DNA of 64,000 nt from an uncultured delta proteobacterium. GTDB taxonomy: Bacteria; Desulfobacterota; Binatia; UBA9968. The notes under the pieces are model-generated. The model worked only from the letters and a program-made list of their open reading frames with translations, did not search any database and was not told where the DNA came from. Below, in pieces: positions 22,727 through 32,203 of this stretch. The translations under genes and the position numbers were made by a program. Position 1 is the stretch's first letter; each line of letters begins with the position of its first letter. Where the stretch lies: NCBI GenBank assembly GCA_963745035.1, contig CAVUVW010000013.1, forward strand, positions 224,001 to 288,000, read 5' to 3'.

Positions 22727-22752
22727 CGAACGCGCACAAAAGTGCGCGTTCG
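22727..22752. promoter_or_regulatory. Perfect inverted repeat CGAACGCGCAC-AAAA-GTGCGCGTTCG
   Basis: 11-bp perfect arms, no downstream U-tract on either strand. Confidence 0.5.
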
Positions 22753-22798
22753 GGGTGGTAAACTTCGGAAAAGCGGCACGGTAATCCACTAAACTTAC

Positions 22799-22814
22799 TG
22801 GCATAGTCGTTGCT
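22799..22814 (+). promoter_or_regulatory. Sigma54 (-24/-12) promoter
   Basis: TGGCATAGTCGTTGCT fits TGGCA-N6-TTGCW with exact GG-N10-GC spacing. Confidence 0.7.
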
Positions 22815-22827
22815 GATTCCGCGGCGC

Positions 22828-23371
22828 ATGACGACTCCTACCGTGACCGCGGCCGAAACCGGCGCGAAGAAGATGCGCTACTCGGCGATTCTGCGCTGCA
22901 TCGGTCAGAGTCTCGAAGGGATGCAGCTCAAGGCGCTCGAAGTCAAAACCCATGGAGACGATCTGGTCGTCCAGGCATGGAACCGGGGCGCGTCGATGGC
23001 GATGGATCTGGAAAAAGTTTACTCCCCGGAGGACGTGCGCGCGCTCGAGGCCGAAGGCCGAGCACAACGAAAAGCCTTTCGCCGGCCCGCCGGACCTGCT
23101 GAGTTTATCGCAGATTCTGCGACTCGCGGGCAACTACGTGGACCGGATGGGCGGCCGGCTGCTGCGGGTTTCCTGGCAGGATCAATCCGAGAAGATCCAG
23201 TCGATCACCGTCCAGTGGGAGCCGTCCCAACCGGGGCGCAAGCCAGGCGAAGGGCCGCTCACGACGATCGAAGAGCTCTGCATCCACGTTTACAAGCAGC
23301 GTAAGAAGATCAATTTGCTCTCCGAGCGGCAGGGCAATCGGCCATTCGTGAGCGTTGCGCGGGGCGGCTGA
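22828..23371 (+). CDS. Hypothetical protein with internal duplication (frameshift ~23080; start 22828 or 22873)
   Basis: YSAILRCIGQSLE... in ORF 22810-23304 and LSQILRLAGNYVD... in ORF 22952-23371. Confidence 0.7.
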
Positions 23372-23384
23372 GCGCCCTTTCCTG

Positions 23385-25029
23385 TTACGCCTGGTACTTG
23401 ACCTCGCCGCCGACCAGTGTCATCTCGACATTCAATTCTCTGATTTTTTCCGGCGCCACCGCGAACGGATCCTCGGCGAGCACAGCGATATCGGCGAGCT
23501 TGCCGATTTCGAGAGTGCCCTTGTCGTTTTCTTCGAATCCCACCCATGAAGCCGTGGTGGTATGCATGGCGAAGGCTTCGCTGACGCTGATTCTTTCCTC
23601 CGGAATCCATACATCGCCCCAGCGCATTCTGCGCGACGCGGCGGTCGCGATGTCGCGCAGTGGATCGACCGGCCAGTAGCCGGGCGAGTCCGAGCCGCCG
23701 GCGATGATGACGCCGTTTTTAAGAAGCGTGTGAAAGGGAAATGCCTTGGTGAGGCGCTTCTCGCCGACGCAGTCCAGAATCGCGTCGCCGATGTAGTAGG
23801 CAAAGGCGATGTTGGGAATGGCAACGATGTTCGACCGGACCATGCGCTGCATCAATTTCGGCGTGGCGAGCCAGTTGCCCATATGCTCGATGCGGTGGCG
23901 GTGGTCTTTGCGCGGCGAGTGTTCGATGGCGTTTTCATAGGCGTCGAGCGCCATGTCGAAGGCTTTGTCGCCGATCGCATGAACACAGCAGCGCAGGCCG
24001 GCGTCGTGGCAAACTTGTACGGTGTGATTCAACTCGTCCTGCTGAATTCTTATAATCCCGTGGTTGTGCTCGTCGTTCTCGTACGGTTCGTGGAAACAGG
24101 CATTGCGGCCGGTGATGCCGCCGTCGATGCTCATCTTGACTCCGCCGATGCGCAGCCAATCGTTGCCGAAGCCGGTGATAAGACCGAGCTCGGTAAGGCT
24201 CTTGGACTCGATCATGGATTCGATCACCCGGGGCAAGATGCTGACGCGGGCGTGCATGCGGCCTTCCTTGTAGATCTCCTGATAGGCGCGCACCGGTTCG
24301 GCGTAGCGGACGATATCGTGCACCGTGGTCACGCCTCTTTGTAAACATTGATTCAACGCGAAGACGATCCCGTCTTTCAACTGCAGATAGTTAAATTCCG
24401 GGGCGACTTTTTTTACGATCAACTGGGCGCGCTCGTGCAGCTCGCCGGTCGGTTCGCCGGTCTGTGCATCATGCCGGATGTGCCCGCCCGCGGGATCGGG
24501 TGTATCGCGGGTGATCTTCGCCGCAGCCAGGGCAAGAGTGTTGGCGATGGTCACATGCGCTCCGAATGAAATAGACATCGGATGATCCGTCACGGCGCGA
24601 TCGAGATCGTGCTTGTCGGGAAAGCGCTTATCGTTGATGCGGAAGTCCTGCATCGGACTGCCGTGGGCGACGATCCATGAACCTTTCGGGCGCTGTCGCG
24701 GCGGCGTTGCCGAGGCGCTGCAGAATGTCAGCAACGGAGTTCACGTCGACATAGAAATCGCGGCAGTCAACGAGTTCCATCTCCGCCGTGCCTTTCTCGG
24801 AAAGATGCACATGAGTATCCGTCAGGCCGGGAATCGCAGTGCGTCCTTTGAGGTCGATCGTCTCGGTATCGGGACCGGCGAGACGGCGAATATCGTCGGA
24901 CTTGCCCGTGGCGACGATCCTCGATCCCGCGCACGCCAAAGCTTCGCAGGTCGAAGTTTCGTTTGTAAAAGTACGGATCTTGCCGTTGTACAGAATCAAA
25001 CTCGGATAGGGTAATGGACGGGTTGCCAT
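23385..25029 (-). CDS. Amidohydrolase family 3 (YtcJ-like; frameshift ~24700)
   Basis: PGLTDTHVH, TGELHE, K..IDG, HAIGD, RIEH, GSDSP, GKLADIAVL. Confidence 0.92.
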
Positions 25030-25164
25030 GGTATGTCTTGCTCCTTTGATTGTTGCTCAGCGGGTAAACTATCTTTTTCCCATGAAACGCTGACGCATTA
25101 AACGTCCCACTGGAAACAAATTCGCCGCCACTGCTGCGAGTGAATATTTCTTATCGAGACGATA

Positions 25165-26109
25165 TTACAAGCGCAACTCTTGTTTGTGCGCCACTAGCCA
25201 TGCGGAAAGGCGCGCAATGCCTTCGTCGAGGTAGATTTTCGGCGACCAGCCGAGATCCTTCTTCGCCAAAGAAATATCGAGCGGGCTGCGCATGCGATGC
25301 GGCGCAACCTCGGCGGCATTGGGGTGCTGGCCAATCTCAAATGGCAGATCCGGCAGTGCTTTCTTGATGGCCCGTGTGAGATCGTCGTTAGTGTAGGCGC
25401 GGTCGAGTCCGATATTGTAGGCACGGCTGAGCGGCTTGCTGGCGAAAAGGGCGCAGCTCACGGCGTCGGCGACGTCATCGACATAAATCAAATCGTCGAG
25501 CGGGCGGGTGAGAAAAGGCCGGCAGCTTTGGCCCAGCACGCCTTTTTTGAGCTCCAGGGGAATGCTCCGGTAAAGGCCCGGGCCGTAGACCGAAGAGTAT
25601 CTCAGCGCGACGAAGTCCACGCCGTGCTTTTCTTTATAAAAATCGCCCATCCACTCGGAGACCGTTTTTGACGCCCGATAGAAATAGGTCGGATAAATCG
25701 TCACCGCATCGTCTTCCTTGACCAAGCCGCCTTCAGGCTTTTTCAACTGGCCGTAGATCGAAGCGGAGCTTGAATACACGACACGTGTAATTCCCAAATC
25801 CTTGACCGCTTCCAGGATGTTCGTCATGGCGTGATAGCAGTAATTCAGAACCTCCGGCGTTTCCGTTCTCGGCGGGTGCGCTGCGTGAAAGACATGCGTC
25901 GGCTTTTCCCGGGCACAGAGCGCGCGGAAAGCGGCAGGGTCGGTGACATTCATGATATGGCTGCTGGTCTTGATGCCGAGGAGGGAAAGGTCCGGCGAAC
26001 GCGGCACGACATCCATCGGCACGACGTTGTGACCGAGGGATTCCATCAGCCGGGTAACGTGCGAGCCGATAAACCCGTTGGCGCCGGTAATTAAGATCGT
26101 GTGAGCCAT
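25165..26109 (-). CDS. NAD-dependent epimerase/dehydratase (extended SDR)
   Basis: ITGANGFIG, YSSSASIYG, YRASK, RYSSVYGPG; start MAHT at 26109. Confidence 0.92.
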   Translation of the reverse strand: MAHTILITGANGFIGSHVTRLMESLGHNVVPMDVVPRSPDLSLLGIKTSSHIMNVTDPAAFRALCAREKPTHVFHAAHPPRTETPEVLNYCYHAMTNILEAVKDLGITRVVYSSSASIYGQLKKPEGGLVKEDDAVTIYPTYFYRASKTVSEWMGDFYKEKHGVDFVALRYSSVYGPGLYRSIPLELKKGVLGQSCRPFLTRPLDDLIYVDDVADAVSCALFASKPLSRAYNIGLDRAYTNDDLTRAIKKALPDLPFEIGQHPNAAEVAPHRMRSPLDISLAKKDLGWSPKIYLDEGIARLSAWLVAHKQELRL

Positions 26110-26114
26110 CGATG

Positions 26115-27188
26115 TCAGCGCTGGCGGATGAAAAGCTTGCGCATGAGGCCTTCCCACTCGGTGAACTTCTTTTCCAACTCCTCGGGGGGATACCTGCTCT
26201 CCGTGTAGATCTTTTTGAACTTCTGCTCCAGCGAGCCGATGTCGGTACGCGCCGAGCTTAGGCCGCCTTTCATGGCGACCTGCTGGCCCAATTTCGAGTG
26301 CAGGTAGTCGAGGAAGAGCAATGCTGCGTACGGGTGAGGCGCGTTGGTAATCATACCGGAGGAGCCCACGCCGGCGATAACCGGATCGATGGCCCGCCAT
26401 TCGACCGGCGCATTTTTCTCTTTGTGGGTAAAAATATTCGAGTTGAAGATCGTCGGCGAGATCGGCACTTCACCCGAGGCCACCAGACCCGAAAGCGCCG
26501 CGCCCGACATATTCTGCACGTTAATTTCCTGAGCGCTCAGTTTTTCCAAGAACTCGCGGCCCATCGCGTCCAATATCGCCCCGATCCACTGCGTGCCGGT
26601 AGTGGTTCCGGCGATCGACATCTTTCCTTTCCATTTGGGATCGAGATAGTCTTTGAGCGTCTTTGGCGCCTCGGCGGGTGAAATTAATTTTGTGTTGTAA
26701 CCCAGGCTGATATAGATCTCACGGTTGGTCCAGGCGAGCACGCCGTTCTTCCCCTTCACTTTCGCCTCATCGTCATAAGCGCCGAGTTCGGGTGAAAAGT
26801 GGTCTTGCAGTAAGGCGCTTCGCACTAACAGCGTCACGTATTCGGGGCTGGTTTCCACGACATCGGCGAGGTACTTGCCGGCAGCGTGTTCTTCGGTCAG
26901 GCGTTTCAGCAACGCTTTGGAGTCGCTCCGCCAGACGTTTGCTTTGATGAACGGGTATTTTTTCTCAAACTCCTGAGAAACAGGCCCTGCGACCCAGGTG
27001 TTCGAGGTATAAAAAGTAAGTTGCCCTTCTTTCTTCGCACCTTCGAGCAAGATTTTTTCGCGATCATTGCCCTTGTAAAGCGCCAGGTCGGCCCTCGACA
27101 AGGTTTTGCTTTGCGCCGCAAGCAGAGTTGAGCCCGACATAAAAATAGCGAGCAAGAGCATTGTGCTGGTAAACAATTTTGACCGCAT
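26115..27188 (-). CDS. ABC substrate-binding protein, Fe3+/thiamine-type
   Basis: Signal peptide, GAKKEGQLTFY, YNTKL, LDPKWKG, APHP.AA.LF.D. Confidence 0.88.
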   Translation of the reverse strand: MRSKLFTSTMLLLAIFMSGSTLLAAQSKTLSRADLALYKGNDREKILLEGAKKEGQLTFYTSNTWVAGPVSQEFEKKYPFIKANVWRSDSKALLKRLTEEHAAGKYLADVVETSPEYVTLLVRSALLQDHFSPELGAYDDEAKVKGKNGVLAWTNREIYISLGYNTKLISPAEAPKTLKDYLDPKWKGKMSIAGTTTGTQWIGAILDAMGREFLEKLSAQEINVQNMSGAALSGLVASGEVPISPTIFNSNIFTHKEKNAPVEWRAIDPVIAGVGSSGMITNAPHPYAALLFLDYLHSKLGQQVAMKGGLSSARTDIGSLEQKFKKIYTESRYPPEELEKKFTEWEGLMRKLFIRQR

Positions 27189-27215
27189 CGAAATCTCCTT
27201 CTAGAAAGAGAGCAG

Positions 27216-28396
27216 TTAATCGAAGTAGTTCGATTTGTAGGCCCAGAGCCAAAGGTAAGCGATCTTCTCGTTGTGCAGCTCCGAGTAGCCGACGTGGCCG
27301 TAGCGCGGGATCAAAACGACGTGGGCACCGCGGGCTCGCGGCTGCGTACTTGGCGCCCATGAACATCTCCCGTTTGTTTTCGAGCTTGTCGCCTCGGACC
27401 CAATGGCCTTTGTCGTTCTCCCCGACCGTTAAGAGCACGCGGATCGTTTTCAGCCAGTTCGGATCGGGTTCCTGCAAATGATCGAAATATTCTTCGCGCG
27501 GCAGGCCGGTACGCTTGACGTACTCGTCGAGAATGCCGACGGCGGCATTGTGTTGATTGTCGCAGAGGCTGGTTTTCATCTGGGAGCGCAGCGGGCTTAC
27601 GAGCCGGATGTAATCGTCGGCGCCGCCCCAGGGCGTCAAGTCTTCCGGATCGATATAGCCCGATTCCTTGAAGGAATCCGGCGAGCGGCGCGAGACATGG
27701 TCAATCGGTTTCTCAACATACTTTTCCGCGCCGGTCTTGTCGCGCCATTCCTTGCGCCAGCCGTCGGGGCCGCCGCTGCCGAAGCCGACAATCCCGACGA
27801 CTTTGGTCTTCTGGGAAAATCGCGTCAGATGCGCGGCCATCGGGCCGCCCGTCGAGTGGCCGAAGGCGATAATTTCTCGGCCGGCGAGATTCTCGTCAGT
27901 CAGAAGACCCGCACCTTGCAAGTATGACATTGAAAGTACATTTTAAGTTGCGATCGCGGATCTCGTCATCAGACAAGTCACGATCCATGAGATAGATTGG
28001 GTTGCGCTCGGAGACGGGTTGTTTCCAAACGCCGCCTGGGGGGTAGTGGCCCGGATAGGTGAGCGCCAAAACTTTAAAACCTTGAGCCGCCAGCGCGCGC
28101 GCGAGGCCCGGTCTTCCGTCCGGCGTCAGGTCCATGATCTTTTCGCTGCCGGCACCGCCATGGAAGAAAACGAAAGCGCGGCGCGAATCGGTCTCGGTTT
28201 GCGGTGAAAAGAGCGTGCCGTGCATGTCCCAATCGTAGCCGTTGCGGCGAAAGCGCGCGGTCGCATCGGTGAGAGTGAACTCACGGTTGGCATAAGGCGG
28301 CTGGACTGCAAGCCATTCATCCCAAGTGAGTTTGAGCAAAAGGTCTTTCGAATTGAGGCCTGCAAGGAACTTTTCGGTGATTCCGTTGGTACTCAT
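27216..28396 (-). CDS. Uncharacterised alpha/beta hydrolase-fold protein (frameshifts ~27925, ~27330)
   Basis: HGGAGS, GHSTGG, GEND, YGH when frames are joined. Confidence 0.72.
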
Positions 28397-28407
28397 GTGA
28401 CGACTCT

Positions 28408-29241
28408 CTATTTCTTGTTGACGTACGTATCGAGATAGTACTTGGCGATCTCGCCTTTGGTGGCGAACCAGGCATCTTTGAAGCCCTTGGCGTAGCGGAT
28501 GCATTCTTCGAAGACGCCGATGATGTTCGGCCGGCCGCCGATATGCGCATGCACGAGACAATCGATGAGCTTGGGCGCGCCCGCTTCGCCTTCCCGGTAT
28601 AGACAATCGAAAGCTGCCTTGAAGCTGTCGAAATAAACCCGCGCGGGATTCTTGTGGGTGAACAAAAGACTCAAGTCGTTGGCGTAATCCAACCGCGGCA
28701 TGATGACGAGCGGCTTGCCGTGGACCATCCGATGCTGCGGGATATCTGGCCCAGGCAGGTCGCCGGTCCAATAAATTCCCTCGTCGACGAAGTTGCCGAA
28801 GGTGAATTCGTTCACCCGATGTCCCGGGCTGACCCATCCGACCGGGCGCCTGCCCGTTACCGAAGCGATGGCGTCGAGGGTTCGCCGGATCAACGCCTTT
28901 TCCTGCTGCTGGTCCAAAGAGCTCAGCGCAGTGTCGTTAACCCAGCCGTGGCCGACGACTTCATGACCGGCATCGTGCAATTCTTTCAACGCATCGGGAA
29001 AGTCTTCGGCGATACGGCCGTTGGTGTCGATGGTGCCCTTGACGTTGTTGCTGTTGAGGACATCCAAGATGCGCCAGATGCCCGCTTTGCCGCCGTACTC
29101 GCCGTAGGCGAGCGAAGCGAAGTCGGGCTTGTCGCCTTCGTGGCGGCGATACTGAGACGACTTGTCGAAAGCCTCGAACGCGACGAAGAAGCTGACCGCG
29201 ATCTTGGCGTTATTGGGCCACTTGAGGGGCGGTAGACGCAT
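28408..29241 (-). CDS. Polysaccharide deacetylase / PuuE allantoinase-like protein
   Basis: WPNNAKIAV, YGGKAGIWRI, HEVVGHG, PVGWVSP, HAHIGGRP. Confidence 0.88.
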   Translation of the reverse strand: MRLPPLKWPNNAKIAVSFFVAFEAFDKSSQYRRHEGDKPDFASLAYGEYGGKAGIWRILDVLNSNNVKGTIDTNGRIAEDFPDALKELHDAGHEVVGHGWVNDTALSSLDQQQEKALIRRTLDAIASVTGRRPVGWVSPGHRVNEFTFGNFVDEGIYWTGDLPGPDIPQHRMVHGKPLVIMPRLDYANDLSLLFTHKNPARVYFDSFKAAFDCLYREGEAGAPKLIDCLVHAHIGGRPNIIGVFEECIRYAKGFKDAWFATKGEIAKYYLDTYVNKK

Positions 29242-29296
29242 TGGTGTATCCTTTCACTGCGCCGAAGAGTGTTGCGAAGTGCGGCGATCGATGCGG

Positions 29297-29326
29297 ATAG
29301 TATCAAGGGGCGAGGAACAGCGTCAA
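29297..29326 (-). promoter_or_regulatory. Sigma70 promoter TTGACG-N18-TACTAT for the deacetylase operon
   Basis: Plus strand CGTCAA 29321-29326 and ATAGTA 29297-29302. Confidence 0.55.
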
Positions 29327-29413
29327 CCGACTTGAGACCACCACGTTGTGTCCGAGAATTTCAGGATTGCTGAGGAGGAAAGAAAGAGTGGAAGCAGTCC
29401 CGAGCATGCCGGC

Positions 29414-30673
29414 TTACTGGGCCGGACACTTGCCGGCGCTGAGGTGTGCTTCAAAGTCCGCCGGGAATAATTTGATCGCGCTCTCGATCGGCGGACCAGG
29501 CATGGCGATTAAGTTGCAGAAGCCTTTGCCCTTGTTGAAGGCGAGAATTTTTCCGAACTGCTCGAGAATCGGCACGCCGCCCTGCCCGCCCTGGACTTTC
29601 TTGATCAGCATCGCCAGGGTGTTGGTTTCCATGCGGCAGGCGGGACATTGGCCGCAAGATTCGGCGGCGAAGAAATCGGCGATCTTGACGAGCTCCTCGA
29701 CGATGCAGCTCCCTTGAGGAACCAATTTCACCACACCGCAGCCGAGTGCCGAGCCGGCCTCGCGCATGGAATTATGATCGAGCGGGGTGTCGATCTTTTC
29801 CGGCGGTAAAAAAGCCGACGACGGCGCCGCCGGCATGATCGCTTTGATGTTCTTTCCGCCTTTGATGCCGCCGCCGCATTCCTCAATCAAGTAGCGCAGC
29901 GGCGTGCCGAAGGGGAGCTCGTAAACACCCGGGCGGTTGACGTCATCGTCGAGCGAAAAAATCATCGTTCCGGCGCTTTCCGCCGTGCCAAACTTGCGGT
30001 ACCAGTCGGCGCCTTTGAGCATGATCGGCGCAACGTTGGCGAGCGTTTCGACGTTATTTACGGCCGTTGGTTTACCGAATAGACCAACGGTAACGGGGAA
30101 CGGCGGCTTCTGTCGCGGCCAAGGCTTCTTGCCTTCGATAACCTCGAGCACAGCGGTGTCCTCGCCGGCGACGTAGTTATGCGGTGCGGGCACGACTTCG
30201 ATATCGACGGAAAAAGCGCTGCCGAGAACGTTGCCGCCCCAATAACCGGCGGTTTTCGCCTCAGCGAGCGCTTCGTTGATGATTTTGATCGCGACGTCGT
30301 AACGCGCGTTGATGTAAAGATAGGCCTTGTCGGCGCCGACCGCGTAGGCGGCGAGAATGGTTCCTTCGAGCACCAGATGGGGCAGATTTTCGAGCAGCAC
30401 CCGGTCTTTTTTGCTGCCCGGCTCGTCCTCGCCGCCATTCAATACCAGATAGCGCGGCTCGCCCGGCGCTTCGCGCGTGAATTGCCACTTTTTGCCGGTG
30501 GGAAACCCCGCGCCGCCGCGGCCGCGCAGGCCGGCGTCGGTGACGACTTTGATGACTTCTTCGCTGGAGGCTTTGATCGCCTTTTCCAGGGCCTGGTAGC
30601 CGCCGCGAGCGCGATACTGCTCCAGCCCCTCGCGTCCTTCCGGCACGCCGCGAGGGAAAAGAATACCCTCCAT
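29414..30673 (-). CDS. NuoF/HoxF-like NAD(P)H-binding FMN, [4Fe-4S] flavoprotein (stand-alone)
   Basis: GLRGRGGAGFPTG.KW, EPG...DR, Y..GE.TA, NNVETL, SLBB domain, ESCGQCPAC...C. Confidence 0.93.
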   Translation of the reverse strand: MEGILFPRGVPEGREGLEQYRARGGYQALEKAIKASSEEVIKVVTDAGLRGRGGAGFPTGKKWQFTREAPGEPRYLVLNGGEDEPGSKKDRVLLENLPHLVLEGTILAAYAVGADKAYLYINARYDVAIKIINEALAEAKTAGYWGGNVLGSAFSVDIEVVPAPHNYVAGEDTAVLEVIEGKKPWPRQKPPFPVTVGLFGKPTAVNNVETLANVAPIMLKGADWYRKFGTAESAGTMIFSLDDDVNRPGVYELPFGTPLRYLIEECGGGIKGGKNIKAIMPAAPSSAFLPPEKIDTPLDHNSMREAGSALGCGVVKLVPQGSCIVEELVKIADFFAAESCGQCPACRMETNTLAMLIKKVQGGQGGVPILEQFGKILAFNKGKGFCNLIAMPGPPIESAIKLFPADFEAHLSAGKCPAQ

Positions 30674-30676
30674 GAA

Positions 30677-31000
30677 CTAGACCACCCCCGTGTCGAGCAG
30701 TTGATAGATGAGTTCCTTGAGCGATGAGTCGATGGTGTCGAGCCGCTGCACGTGAGGGCCGCCGGCGAGATGTTCGGTAATCTCGTCGAGATCCTCGACT
30801 TTGACCTTGGCGTACCAGTTTTTTTCCGGATAGAGAACGATATTGGGTCCTTCCTGACACGCGCCGAAACACATGTAAGGTTTCACTTCCACGTCGGTCA
30901 AACCCTTGGCCGCGACGCGCTTTTGCAGCTCGCCCATGAGCTGCTCCGCACCGCGCGACTTACAATCGATGTTCTGGCAAACGAGACAGACTCGACTCAC
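30677..31000 (-). CDS. Thioredoxin-like [2Fe-2S] ferredoxin (NuoE C-domain type)
   Basis: CQNIDC ... CFGAC.EGP.IVLYP...WY. Confidence 0.9.
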   Translation of the reverse strand: MSRVCLVCQNIDCKSRGAEQLMGELQKRVAAKGLTDVEVKPYMCFGACQEGPNIVLYPEKNWYAKVKVEDLDEITEHLAGGPHVQRLDTIDSSLKELIYQLLDTGVV

Positions 31001-31054
31001 CGGTGACTCCTTGGGTCTAATTACCTGCGCACAAACCGAGATGCAACAGACTGC

Positions 31055-32161
31055 TCAGTTGAGCTGCATCTGTGACACCCAGTCTTTGCTTTTGATGATC
31101 TCCTCCAGGAGCTTTTCGTCGGCCTCGGTGGGAAGCACCTCGGCGACATGCTTCGCGTAGGCCTCCGCGGAGAGCAACTGGCCGTTGATCCCGTAGGGTT
31201 TCCCCACGTACTCGCCGATCGAGCGATTGAACTTCAGGTCGGGGGCATAGAGCTTCGGCTGATCCGCCGGGATCAACTGATTCAGTTGATCGATCAGCTT
31301 GGCGCTTTCGGCCATGTAATGGCTGCGCGCCAGATCGTTGAGTTTTTCTTTCTCCGCCGGGACTGCCGCTTCGTGCTCATCGATGCGCCCCTTCAGGCCC
31401 CAAGTATAGGCCCAGTGCGCCGACGATGAATGATCGGTGCCGAACAAGTCGTAGGCAGTCGACAGCCATTTGTTAAAATACTTCTGCACGATCGGGACTG
31501 GAATTTTTCCCGCTCGCAAAATGCGCGTCAAACCCGTGTGCCCCGTGAACATGTGAAAGAACTCTTCCTTCAGCATGGCGGTCACGCTTTCGGCCAAAGG
31601 CGCGAAAGCCGAGTGCGAGAGCATGGTCAGCTGATACTTGCCGTCGCGATCGACGAACTCGGTGTAAGTAAAAAAGTCGAGCCAATTCTTGACCGGCGCG
31701 TTGAACGAGCCGAGCAGCCGATCGCCGCGAAAAGCGCGGCGCTCAAGGAGCTTGCGCGCCTCCAATTTGCCGGAATCACCGAAGTATTTCACCAGCAGGT
31801 AGCACATCTGCCAGCCGTGGCGCATTTCCTCACTGTTGACTCGCACCAGCGCCTGGCGGTCGTACTCGGTCGGCGCAGTGTCGAGCAAATTCTTCTGCTG
31901 TTCGACGGAGGCAAACTCGGTATCGCCCTGGTAGACGATCAAGTTCATCAAGGCGTCGCGGATCGATTGATTGGGAATCTGGGTCACCCGATTCCACTTG
32001 GCTTGGCCCCGGTAGTCGCCGAACTCGATATCCTGCGCATGCAGCTCGCCCAGCTTGGTCTCGAAATTGTAGCCGGCGAGTAGTTCCGGGTCGTAGCCGA
32101 TGTCTTTTTGCCACTGTTTGAAATATTCGATCCAGTCTTCAAAAGTCGCGATTTTGGTCAT
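31055..32161 (-). CDS. BoxB/PaaA-family di-iron aryl-CoA epoxidase subunit (368 aa)
   Basis: QGDTEFASVEQQ, EEMRH, DRDGKYQL, EEFFHMFTG; RBS AGGAGAGG before ATG 32161. Confidence 0.88.
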   Translation of the reverse strand: MTKIATFEDWIEYFKQWQKDIGYDPELLAGYNFETKLGELHAQDIEFGDYRGQAKWNRVTQIPNQSIRDALMNLIVYQGDTEFASVEQQKNLLDTAPTEYDRQALVRVNSEEMRHGWQMCYLLVKYFGDSGKLEARKLLERRAFRGDRLLGSFNAPVKNWLDFFTYTEFVDRDGKYQLTMLSHSAFAPLAESVTAMLKEEFFHMFTGHTGLTRILRAGKIPVPIVQKYFNKWLSTAYDLFGTDHSSSAHWAYTWGLKGRIDEHEAAVPAEKEKLNDLARSHYMAESAKLIDQLNQLIPADQPKLYAPDLKFNRSIGEYVGKPYGINGQLLSAEAYAKHVAEVLPTEADEKLLEEIIKSKDWVSQMQLN

Positions 32162-32181
32162 GGCGATCCTCTCCTGCATCA

Positions 32182-32199
32182 TTCGAACGATCGTTCGAA
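32182..32199. promoter_or_regulatory. Perfect 18-bp palindromic operator TTCGAACGATCGTTCGAA (TetR/PaaR-type)
   Basis: Begins 4 nt downstream of the -10 box and covers the predicted transcription start. Confidence 0.8.
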
Positions 32200-32203
32200 C
32201 TTT

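Noticed and set aside
29414-31000. Fragment of a complex I (nuo) or hydrogenase operon
   Set aside because: No nuoG/hoxU or membrane subunits are adjacent, the ferredoxin lacks the NuoE N-terminal helical domain, and the genes are coupled to the di-iron oxygenase.
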